From Candidatus Sumerlaeota bacterium (lineage in GTDB: Bacteria > Sumerlaeota > Sumerlaeia > JAFGJS01): DNA of 64,000 nucleotides. Both the position numbers and the translations under genes were made by a program. The notes under the pieces were generated by a model. The model worked only from the letters and a program-made list of their open reading frames with translations, searched no databases and was not told where the DNA came from. Of this stretch, positions 31,327 through 39,823 are shown in pieces (position 1 is the stretch's first letter; every line of letters begins with the position of its first letter). The stretch covers positions 5,895 to 69,894 of the forward strand of contig JAFGJS010000037.1 in the NCBI GenBank assembly GCA_016928995.1, written 5' to 3'.

Positions 31327-34300
31327 ATGGACGAGTCGATGGATGCCCGGAAGCTGGATGCGCTGTTGCGGCGGATCGATGGGCTGGATGACGAACTGCG
31401 GCGGATGAAATTTCGCCTGGAGCGTATTGAACAACAGCGGGAACCGGCGCCGCGCGAGGAGGACGGCGTTGTCGCGCCATCGAAGCCCGGAGAAGCAGCG
31501 GTAGACCTTGCCGTACAAAGTCCCGATGATTCTGATGAGAAATCCGGAACGCCAACCGCATCTCAGACTCCGCTGCCTCCGCCTTTGCCTGCCATATCGA
31601 TTCCCCTCGTATTGGATTCAAGCGAGCGGTCCATGACGTTGGAGGAGGTGTTGCTCGAGCGCCAAGCGAAACGCGGGCCGATCGAGGCGGGCGAACCGGA
31701 AGTCGCGCCGCTGACACCGGAGAGTCAAGCGAGCAAGCCAATGACAGAGTATGAGCCGGCGATTGGCCTGGAGCATCCGCTGCATCAGTTTAGCGTGAAA
31801 GAGAAGCCGTTTGGCTCGCGGTTTTATGAATGGTGCGTCAAGCAATGTCCGCCGCTCAAGCCCCTGCTCGACTGGTTCGTGCCGGCTGAAGGCGAGCATT
31901 TCAGCATCGATGAGATCCTGGTGCGTGTGTTCGCCGTGGTCGGCGTGATGGCGGCGGTGATCGCGGGCGGATACTTTTCCACGCTGGTGCACAACCGGAT
32001 TCCGCCGATCGGCAAGGTGGGCCTGATGTACGCGGCTGCGGCGGGCATGTTCGTCACGGGTTGGCGCATGAGCGAGCAATTGCGCAAGCTGGCGCGGCCG
32101 ATGATGGCGGGAGGCGTGGCGATCTTTTATTTCACCTCGTACGCCGCGCATTTCATCGAGGCGACCCACGCGTTCAATCTCCCCGTTTCGCTGACGCTGA
32201 TGACGGTCGCGTTGGTTGGGATGATCGCGCTGGCGGAGCGCTTGCGCAGCGAGATGCTCGCGATTTTCACCGTTTTTCTGGGTTACCTGACGGCGTACGT
32301 GAGCGGCTCGTCGGAGTATGCGCTGATCGCCAACGGTTCTATCGCCATCGCCGCGATGGTCTTCCTGATGCGCAACGGTTGGGCGCGGCTGTCCGAGATT
32401 TCGGTGATCGGCACGTATGTCTTCCACCTGGTCTGGATGTTCTTCTGGGATCATCCACCAACTACGCCGCAGCAGGCGTTTTTGCTGAACATGGGCACGC
32501 TGCTGGGCTACTTTGTGGTTCACCTGTTCGGCGCGATGACAGCGGATGCGGCGCGCGGCGGGATCGAGCCGTGGAAGACCCGGCGTTTGCTCTACCTGGC
32601 GTGGAACGCGATGATCTTCTGGTCCGTGTCGCTGATCGTGTTCCAGGAGACGCGCATCTATCTTGACCATACGGAATGGCTGCATTTCGCGCTGGCGGCG
32701 GTGTTGTTGCTCAGCGCGGCATGGTACCGGCGGATCAGCGAAGATGCGTTTCAACTGCTGCTGGGGCTGAGCCTGACGCTGGCGACCATCGGCGTGATGA
32801 CGGCGTGCTCGGGGAACGTGCTGTACCTGGCGCTGATGGCGGAAGGCGCCGCGCTGCTCTTCGTGGGCAAGCGCGCGAAGTTGAGCCAGGGGCGCTACGG
32901 CGGCGTGATCGTGTTGCTGATCGCGGCGGGATCGTTGCTGGCGCATCAATTCACGCACGTGGAACACACGCAAAGAGTCTTCATCAATTGGCGCGATCCG
33001 CATTGTTGGGCGGCGCTGTTCGGCTGCGTCACGCTGGCCGGTTTGGGCGGATGGTATCAATGGCTGTATGGGCTCCGCAAAACGCATCAGCCGGAAGAAT
33101 CCATCGCACTGGACAGTGAGGATCAATCTTCCTCGTTCTCGTTCTCGTCCTCGTTCTCGAACCAAGAGCAACGTCCAGCGGTTGATGACGAAAGTTTGCC
33201 ATTCATTTCCACTTCCATGATTTCGCGCCTGCTGATCTATCTCTCCGTGCCCCTGTTCATGATTGTGTCGTTCATCTATGGAGAAGTTCACGTGATGACT
33301 TGGCTGCCGTTGATCGGACTGGCGTTTCTCCTCGCGGGAATCGCGCTGCGCCATCCGCCGTATCTGGTTTCCAGTTTGGGCGTGCTGGCGCTGCATGGAT
33401 TGGCCGGCTTGATTCTGATCAACGCCGATCCAGGCGAGCTGTTGATAAAAGAGCAAATCGCCGGGATCGCGCTGGTGTTGGCTTGCGGCGCGCTGTGCGA
33501 GTGGCGGCTGCGCGATGTGACGCGGCTCTACCTGCTGCGGCTGGTGGACCGGCTGGCGTATCTGCCGATGTTCTCCTTCGCCGCGTTGAGCTGCGCGTTG
33601 ATGCTGGAGCAGCTCGAGCCGCATTGGTGCGTGGGTTCGCTGGCGATCTTTCTGGCGGCGCTGCTGGGCGTTGGATGGGGCGCGCGATGCCGCTCGCTGA
33701 CGGATGCGGCTATCGTGCCGTTCGCGGTGTTGTCGTTGCGGATTATGTACGAGATCTATCACTTCAGGACAGGTTCGATGGCGCTGGTTGGTTTTCAGGT
33801 CAGCCACGGCGCGGCGCTACTGATGCTGTTCGCCGCGACGCACTTCACCGAGCAGCCGTTCGTGCGTGAGCGCCTGCGCGGCGCAATGATGGCCGCGCAA
33901 TGGATCGCCGCGCTGCTGGTCTGCGCGCCGGCGGCCGTCGGGATTGTTTATTTCACGGAGAGCTTTGCAGCGGTGCAAGGCGTGATTCTCGCCGCCGCGT
34001 GCGGAGCGGTTCTGGCTTTGTTCATGGGCTGGCGGAGGTCGATTCCGCTTTCTCTGGCGGGCTGGCTCTGGCTGGCCTATGGGCATGCGCTGTATCAACT
34101 CCGGCTGAGCAACGACGCCTTTGCGCCCGAACCGGGCCAGCCGATTGTCATCTGTCTGGCCGCGCTGTTAGCGATCACCATCGCTGTCGAGCGCACGTCC
34201 GGTATGGGGCTGGCGAAATGGATCGAGCAGGCGCCGGAAGCGGAGACGCCCCAACAAATTCAACGCTTCCTGAATTGGGCCTTGGGCGGAGCGATTGCGA

Positions 34301-34599
34301 TTGCGCTGCTGCACGGACTATACGCCCACCCAGCTCTGCATCCGGCGTTTGTCACGGTCAGCTGGACGCTCTCCGGACTGGCGCTTTGTCTGCTTGGGGC
34401 GTTATTGCGCGTGCGGCTATATCCGCGAGCCGGATTCGCCCTGCTGCTCTGCGCGATCTTCCGCGCTTTCATCGTAGACGTGACGCAGCTCGAGCAGACG
34501 CTCCATCGTATGATCGCCTTTCTCGTGCTCGGCGTGATTCTGATGGGCGTGAGTTACGGCTACATGAAACTCAAATCCCGCATCGACGCCTGGCGCTGA
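31327..34599 (+). CDS. Large polytopic membrane protein (DUF2339-like)
   Basis: N-terminal coiled coil and Pro-rich region, more than 20 TMs, C-terminal FIVDVTQL...RMIAFLVLGVILMGVSYGY; ATG at 31327 after GGAG. Confidence 0.8.
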   Translation: MDESMDARKLDALLRRIDGLDDELRRMKFRLERIEQQREPAPREEDGVVAPSKPGEAAVDLAVQSPDDSDEKSGTPTASQTPLPPPLPAISIPLVLDSSERSMTLEEVLLERQAKRGPIEAGEPEVAPLTPESQASKPMTEYEPAIGLEHPLHQFSVKEKPFGSRFYEWCVKQCPPLKPLLDWFVPAEGEHFSIDEILVRVFAVVGVMAAVIAGGYFSTLVHNRIPPIGKVGLMYAAAAGMFVTGWRMSEQLRKLARPMMAGGVAIFYFTSYAAHFIEATHAFNLPVSLTLMTVALVGMIALAERLRSEMLAIFTVFLGYLTAYVSGSSEYALIANGSIAIAAMVFLMRNGWARLSEISVIGTYVFHLVWMFFWDHPPTTPQQAFLLNMGTLLGYFVVHLFGAMTADAARGGIEPWKTRRLLYLAWNAMIFWSVSLIVFQETRIYLDHTEWLHFALAAVLLLSAAWYRRISEDAFQLLLGLSLTLATIGVMTACSGNVLYLALMAEGAALLFVGKRAKLSQGRYGGVIVLLIAAGSLLAHQFTHVEHTQRVFINWRDPHCWAALFGCVTLAGLGGWYQWLYGLRKTHQPEESIALDSEDQSSSFSFSSSFSNQEQRPAVDDESLPFISTSMISRLLIYLSVPLFMIVSFIYGEVHVMTWLPLIGLAFLLAGIALRHPPYLVSSLGVLALHGLAGLILINADPGELLIKEQIAGIALVLACGALCEWRLRDVTRLYLLRLVDRLAYLPMFSFAALSCALMLEQLEPHWCVGSLAIFLAALLGVGWGARCRSLTDAAIVPFAVLSLRIMYEIYHFRTGSMALVGFQVSHGAALLMLFAATHFTEQPFVRERLRGAMMAAQWIAALLVCAPAAVGIVYFTESFAAVQGVILAAACGAVLALFMGWRRSIPLSLAGWLWLAYGHALYQLRLSNDAFAPEPGQPIVICLAALLAITIAVERTSGMGLAKWIEQAPEAETPQQIQRFLNWALGGAIAIALLHGLYAHPALHPAFVTVSWTLSGLALCLLGALLRVRLYPRAGFALLLCAIFRAFIVDVTQLEQTLHRMIAFLVLGVILMGVSYGYMKLKSRIDAWR
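33133..33161 (+). repeat. In-frame copy of the 29-nt (TCGTTC)n-TCGAA arm inside the DUF2339-like CDS
   Basis: TCGTTCTCGTTCTCGTCCTCGTTCTCGAA, encoding SFSFSSSFSN. Confidence 0.8.
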
Positions 34600-34693
34600 G
34601 CGGTGATCGAATGCCTTGACATGGATGGATCATTATGATTTGTTATGTGAAAAAAGGGGACTTCCGAGGCAATGCCAGCTTATACGTTATTGA

Positions 34694-34748
34694 TCGCGCA
34701 GAGACGCAGAGGATTACAATAACATCAAATCTCTGCGTCTCCGCGTGA
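34694..34748. repeat. Inverted repeat with 8-mer unit CGCAGAGA
   Basis: TCGCGCAGAGACGCAGAG, 19-nt spacer, CTCTGCGTCTCCGCGTGA. Confidence 0.8.
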
Positions 34749-34837
34749 AAGAAATATTCTATCGGGAAAACGAGTGTGGAGGAACTGCGGAGTATTAAGC
34801 GTTTTTCAATAGTAATTTGAAAGGCAAAGGAAATGAC

Positions 34838-35611
34838 ATGAGAAAAAAAACGATTATACTTATCCTCATTCTGATGGGATCGTTATCCGCATACGCGGAA
34901 GACATGCAGAAGTATTTGAGAGATACACAGGTTTTGGCTCGGCAAGGGAAGCACCAGGAAGCTCTTGAACGGTATATCTGGTTTCATAACCATGCCCTTG
35001 AGCATGAACCGGCCGCCATGTATGGAGTGCGCCTGTCGTTTGCCCTGGAATACTGGAGGCAACTTGGCGAGGTCTATCCTCCTGCGTTAGCCGCGCTGAA
35101 GAAGACGAGAGACGACAAAACAGAGCTAATGGAAAAAGGGAAGGGCAATCGTGAGTTATTTCATGACGTCCTGGCCCTTAACCGAACGCTGAATAATAGC
35201 CGCAAGACAGTCGATCTGTTTCAAAAACTCGATCAGGAACAGGAAGAGTTGGCGAAGCAATGCTGGGATATCGCCGAAGAAACAGTAATTGATGCGAAAG
35301 AGTATGAACTTGCAGGAAAGTATATCGGAGATCCAATACGCGCATTTGACAAAGTAAAAGAGACATATGACGAAATGAAAGCGATGGATGATGAAGAAAG
35401 CATGGGGGTGGAATTTAAAACATTCTATCAGAATAGCTTTGTCGAGGACGCGTTGCGATTGATCAAAGTGTCGCTGGCGCTGGATAACGCAGAGGCCGCC
35501 AGAAAAGTACAAGCGAAGGCATTGGCCGTTCTTGACGACAAGCGCCTCCATGACTGCGTGCCTAAACAGACAAAGGAAGAGGCGCAGCAGAAGGATTCAT
35601 CGGACAAGTAA
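34838..35611 (+). CDS. Hypothetical secreted all-alpha protein
   Basis: Signal peptide MRKKTIILILILMGSLSAYA; visibly AT-richer codon usage. Confidence 0.75.
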   Translation: MRKKTIILILILMGSLSAYAEDMQKYLRDTQVLARQGKHQEALERYIWFHNHALEHEPAAMYGVRLSFALEYWRQLGEVYPPALAALKKTRDDKTELMEKGKGNRELFHDVLALNRTLNNSRKTVDLFQKLDQEQEELAKQCWDIAEETVIDAKEYELAGKYIGDPIRAFDKVKETYDEMKAMDDEESMGVEFKTFYQNSFVEDALRLIKVSLALDNAEAARKVQAKALAVLDDKRLHDCVPKQTKEEAQQKDSSDK

Positions 35612-35628
35612 AAAAATCAGAAAGGAAC

Positions 35629-36300
35629 ATGATGAAACCTGCAATCACATCGGAAGCCGTCGTTCAAACATTGGAGAAACTATACGCCGATGCAGCGACA
35701 AAGCATCATTTTCCTAGAACTAAGAAGGAAAATTCCCCCATCGACCATACGGATGAAAAAGCGTTCTACAAATCCATGAGCCACGCTTACATGGCGGTGA
35801 ACCGCGAATTCGGCAACCTGCTTTATGCTCTCGCTCGCGCGTCCAGGGCGACAACGGTTGTCGAGTTTGGTACATCATTCGGCATATCGACCATTTATCT
35901 GGCCGCCGCCGTTAAAGACAATGGCGGCGGGAAAGTGGTCAGCACCGAATTCATCCCGGAAAAGGCGGAACAGGCGAAGCGGAATCTCGCGGAGGCCGGA
36001 TTGGCGGAATTCGTGGAAATCCGCGTGGGTGATGCGCTGGAAACGCTGAAAAACAATCCCGTGCAAAGTATCGATTTTGTCATGCTCGACGGCGCCAAGA
36101 GCCTTTACTTTGATGTGTTCAAAATTCTTGAGCCTGCGATGAAATCGGGGGCCATCATCGCCAGCGATAACACCGACAGCCCGGACCTGCAAAACTTTCT
36201 GGATTATGTGCGCTTTCCTGAAAACGGCTACATCACTTCCCCCATTTCCACGCACGGAGGACCGGGAGGAAGAGGACATGAAATCACGGTTAAAATCTAG
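35629..36300 (+). CDS. Class I SAM-dependent O-methyltransferase
   Basis: VVEFGTSFGISTIYLAAA, GDALETL, IDFVMLDGAK, SDN. Confidence 0.9.
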   Translation: MMKPAITSEAVVQTLEKLYADAATKHHFPRTKKENSPIDHTDEKAFYKSMSHAYMAVNREFGNLLYALARASRATTVVEFGTSFGISTIYLAAAVKDNGGGKVVSTEFIPEKAEQAKRNLAEAGLAEFVEIRVGDALETLKNNPVQSIDFVMLDGAKSLYFDVFKILEPAMKSGAIIASDNTDSPDLQNFLDYVRFPENGYITSPISTHGGPGGRGHEITVKI

Positions 36301-36326
36301 TGTCATGTCACGCTTGAAAAGTCGTT

Positions 36327-36400
36327 ATGTAGGGTGGGCCTTGGCCCACCATGTTGTTTGAATTGCCGCACATCTTGGTGGGCCAAGGCCCCCCCTACAT
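36327..36400. repeat. GTAG-type REP doublet (REPIN-like)
   Basis: ATGTAGGGTGGGCCTTGGCCCACCA and an inverted copy TGGTGGGCCAAGGCCCCCCCTACAT (1 mismatch); arms are internally palindromic. Confidence 0.85.
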
Positions 36401-36533
36401 CTTTGTGCATCCCTTTTCATCTGCGAACTTCCGTCACCGGCTGTCATGATTTTTGCGGGGCAAAAATCCCGCCAGCCTTGGGTTGTTTTGTGCGTTCACC
36501 CAGGCCGGCGCTCACGGCCGCTTTGCGGCCTAC

Positions 36534-36757
36534 GCTCTGGCCTGGGCTGTGATGCATAGCGCTTTCAGCGCTGATATGGAGCCATGATTAAAGAGATTTG
36601 AAATCGTGATTACATCCAGAGCGTAACGTTCGGTCGTTTTGTGGCGTTTTGCGTTCGTTGCAGTGAACCAAACCGACAACCGCGTTGCGAAACGCGCCGC
36701 TGGCGCCTTTCGCTGCTCTGGTCTGGGCTGAATTACGCAGCGCTTTCAGAGCTGATA
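36534..36757. repeat. Two direct copies of a 43-nt REP-like element (36534-36576, 36715-36757)
   Basis: GCTCTGGYCTGGGCTG-N8-AGCGCTTTCAGMGCTGATA occurs twice. Confidence 0.8.
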
Positions 36758-36928
36758 AGAAGCCATGAGTAAAGAGATGACCACCGTGGATGAAATGAAA
36801 TGCGCCCGTTTTTGTGCAAAATCTGAACGCTGGACTTGACCGCGCGGCGCTTCTTGATATATCCTTTTTCTTAGTCTGCAACCACATCGTGGTCTGCGGT
36901 TTTTCAACTTCAGGGCAGGGGTTCCTTT

Positions 36929-38182
36929 GTGCAGGTTGTTGAAGACACGCAAAGCCTGTGGCTGGGAGTGGCCACGCACCTGATGGTCTTTGAGCCGGGT
37001 CCGCGCGGCGAGGTGGCTTATCGTCTGGGCACGCGGCCGGTTGAGCGCGCGTGGCTCGGCGAGGAGTATCACGGGCGGCAGATCCCCGCAATTGTCCAGC
37101 CTTCCTACGCCGCTTTTTTCGATCCGAACGACGATCAGCTGATCGGGCTGTTTTTCGAGCGCGGCGTGGACGATATGTTTGTTTTTTGCGGCCGGCGCTG
37201 GGGCGACGTGGCCGTCGATACGGGCGAGGAGTTTGAGACGGATCGTGCAGCGGACCTGATCCACTCCATGAACACGTCCGTGCTGGTGCATGACGCGCCG
37301 CCGACGGTGAGTATGCGTTTTCTGATGAATATGCATAACATCCGGCACTTCGCGCCGGAGGTCATACGCGCCATTCGCCATTCGAGCCAGCTGAACTACC
37401 TGGAGTTTCGTTGCGAGGCGGCGACGGGGCTGTTCCAGCGTTGCCAGTTGGAGGTGCTGCATAAACACACGCAACATCTGCTCGACACGGCGGAGTTCGA
37501 CGTTTTCCCCGTCATCTGGCCGGTGCGACCGCAGACCGGCGAGGAAATCCGCCGCGCCGCAGCCGCTCGCCGCGCGCCCAAACCGCAGCCCGCCAAACCA
37601 GTCAAACCGCTGACGCCGACGTTGCATCTCGATCCGCTGGAGATGACGCGCGCGATTCACGATGAGCCGGAGCTCAGCCGGCGCTGGCAGATGATCGTGC
37701 AGAACCTGGAGCAGGCCGACGCCGGACGCACCTACCACTTGCTGTCGGATTTCACCCCGTTGATCGCCGGGCATATCAAGGCCTGGCCCGCGCGGCGGTT
37801 GATTAAAATCTTTGGCCAGCAGGCGGGTTTCACGCTAGTCGGCGTGTGTAAGGATCTGACGAATGAAAAAGTGCTGCAATTGGCTGATATCGTGGCGGGA
37901 CGCGAGAGCCTGATCGACTGGCTCGATGAACGCGAGACGGACCGCTTGATGCGGACTGATTTTGACGCGCTGCAACAGCTGACGCCGGATAGCGCGCGCG
38001 AATGGCTGAATGTCTCGCCGGGCTGTTCTTCCGAGTGGATTCGCAAAGTCTGGCGCCGGCTGCTGGCGTTCATCAACGCCGACTTCGGCCGCGGCGGCAG
38101 CGAAAAGGCGATCCATCAGAAGAAGGATAAAATTGCTAAGCGCCTGCTGGCCGCGCGCGACTGCCTGATCCAGGCCGATTGA
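36929..38182 (+). CDS. Hypothetical protein with C-terminal J-domain-like helices lacking HPD
   Basis: AREWLNVSPGCSSEWIRKVWRRLLAFINADFG...KRLLAARDCL follows J-domain spacing. Confidence 0.65.
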   Translation: MQVVEDTQSLWLGVATHLMVFEPGPRGEVAYRLGTRPVERAWLGEEYHGRQIPAIVQPSYAAFFDPNDDQLIGLFFERGVDDMFVFCGRRWGDVAVDTGEEFETDRAADLIHSMNTSVLVHDAPPTVSMRFLMNMHNIRHFAPEVIRAIRHSSQLNYLEFRCEAATGLFQRCQLEVLHKHTQHLLDTAEFDVFPVIWPVRPQTGEEIRRAAAARRAPKPQPAKPVKPLTPTLHLDPLEMTRAIHDEPELSRRWQMIVQNLEQADAGRTYHLLSDFTPLIAGHIKAWPARRLIKIFGQQAGFTLVGVCKDLTNEKVLQLADIVAGRESLIDWLDERETDRLMRTDFDALQQLTPDSAREWLNVSPGCSSEWIRKVWRRLLAFINADFGRGGSEKAIHQKKDKIAKRLLAARDCLIQAD

Positions 38183-38194
38183 AAAAAGTAGATT

Positions 38195-39631
38195 TCAGTT
38201 TTCTTGTTCAATCACGCGCATACCGCGCCAGGGGCCGCGGATGAAGCGCAGGAAGAAGCAAAAACCGAGCGTCACGACGTTCAGCGCAAGAAACAGCCAC
38301 ACCATATAAAGCCCGCCAATTTCGAAGTGGATCACGCAGTACGTCGGCGTGACGAGCAACAACCAGCCGCAAACCAGCGACGTGTTCATCACAAAGCGCG
38401 TATCGCCCGCGCCCTTCAGCGCCGAAGAAAAAATGATATTCAGCGTGTCGAACAGCGAATAGACCGCCACGTAGCGCAGCAGGATGATCGCGAGCGGTTT
38501 GATTTGCTCGAAATGCAAGATCTCCTCCGGGTCCGCCGGACGGAAGGGAAGGATGAACAGCAGCGGAACCAAAACATACGCCACGGAGATCGCCGCCATG
38601 TATGAGAAAGTCATATGCAGCGCCGACCATGTGGCTTTGTCCGCCAGATCCGGCCGATTCGCGCCGAGTCCGCGTCCGACCAAGGTCGAGGTGGCGATGC
38701 CGAAGCCGACCATCGGCAAAAACGCCAGCATGTTGATTTGCATCGCCATGTTGGTCGAGGCCAGTTCCAGCCGTCCCAGCCTGCCGATCAGCGCGATGAA
38801 CAGCGCAAAGGAGGAGATATCGAGCGTGAATTGCACCCCGCTGGGCAAGCCGAAACGCAGCAGTCGAATCAACAAGGCTGTATCCAGTCGCCATGTGCGC
38901 AGCGTGCTGTACTTTTCGCGATAGTGCCGCGTCGCCGTCAGCGCGGCGTAAAGGCATGTCTGGAAAATGACAGAGGAGACCGTGGCCCAGGCGGCGCCCT
39001 TCAAGCCGAGTTCCGGCGCGCCGAATTTACCGAAAACAAAAATCCAGGTCAGCAGGACGTTCGCCGCGGTCGAGGCCACGTTGCAATATAGCGGGATCAT
39101 CGGCTTGTTCACGCCGGTGAAGAATCCCGAGAGCGCGCCGTTCGCCACGACGAAACCGCCGCCAAGCAGGGCGATGCGAAAATATTCCGTCTCCAGTTTC
39201 ACCAACTGCGCGTCATGTCCGATCCGTTCGAATAAAATGCCGGCGAAGGGGATGAACGCCAGCATGGCCAGGCCGGAGAAAATGGAAAAATATATCGATT
39301 GCCAAAGCGATACTCCGATCCGGTCGTAGCGCTTTGCGCCGAAATACTGCGAGACGAACGTGTTGACGTAGCCGCCCGTGCCAAGGAAGAAACTGATCAC
39401 GGAGAAGGAGAGAATGCCGGCTGGAAATGCGGCGGTGAATTCATCCGTGGAATGCCAGTTCAGGAACATGCGGTCGACGAAATGCTGCACGGAAATCGAG
39501 CCTGTGCTGATCACCAGCGGCCAGGCCAGCGTAAGCACTTCGCGATAGCCCGACGCCGCGTTCCAGCGTTCGCGCAGGGCTTGCCGCGCGCCAGAGGCTC
39601 CGCGACGTTTGATGTTGTCCGCCGGTTCCAT
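38195..39631 (-). CDS. MATE family efflux transporter
   Basis: LAWPLVI, FVDRMFL, LGLKGAAWAT, LRFGLPSG, ALKGAGDTRF; about 12 TMs. Confidence 0.93.
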   Translation of the reverse strand: MEPADNIKRRGASGARQALRERWNAASGYREVLTLAWPLVISTGSISVQHFVDRMFLNWHSTDEFTAAFPAGILSFSVISFFLGTGGYVNTFVSQYFGAKRYDRIGVSLWQSIYFSIFSGLAMLAFIPFAGILFERIGHDAQLVKLETEYFRIALLGGGFVVANGALSGFFTGVNKPMIPLYCNVASTAANVLLTWIFVFGKFGAPELGLKGAAWATVSSVIFQTCLYAALTATRHYREKYSTLRTWRLDTALLIRLLRFGLPSGVQFTLDISSFALFIALIGRLGRLELASTNMAMQINMLAFLPMVGFGIATSTLVGRGLGANRPDLADKATWSALHMTFSYMAAISVAYVLVPLLFILPFRPADPEEILHFEQIKPLAIILLRYVAVYSLFDTLNIIFSSALKGAGDTRFVMNTSLVCGWLLLVTPTYCVIHFEIGGLYMVWLFLALNVVTLGFCFFLRFIRGPWRGMRVIEQEN

Positions 39632-39735
39632 CGTTCGTCCTTCGAAAAAAGAAGCGCAACCTTAATCCCGCGATTGGCCATGCGCAATTGAAAGATGCGA
39701 TCGCGATTCATTTACTGGAATATGGAGTCAAAGCC

Positions 39736-39771
39736 GTCAGACAAGTCCGACCGGTCGGACCAGTCGGACCG
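39736..39771. repeat. 9-mer tandem repeat GTC(A/C/G)GACNN x4
   Basis: GTCAGACAA GTCCGACCG GTCGGACCA GTCGGACCG. Confidence 0.75.
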
Positions 39772-39823
39772 ATTGGATGGCACGCTTTGTGTGTTTTTAG
39801 TGTAATGCCGGGATTTACGAAAC

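Noticed and set aside
31618-33807. Long antisense ORFs, e.g. 729 aa here and others opposite fusA, rpsB, ppiD and jag
   Set aside because: Shadow ORFs expected in high-GC DNA; they overlap well-supported genes on the other strand and have no recognisable motifs
34790-35628. Integron gene cassette (attC) around the secreted hypothetical gene
   Set aside because: No convincing RYYYAAC...GTTRRRY pair with an attC-like stem could be identified
36300-36930. Possible CRISPR array or small genes in the repeat-rich spacer
   Set aside because: Only two copies of each repeat, irregular spacing and no cas genes; the ORFs there are low-complexity products of the repeats
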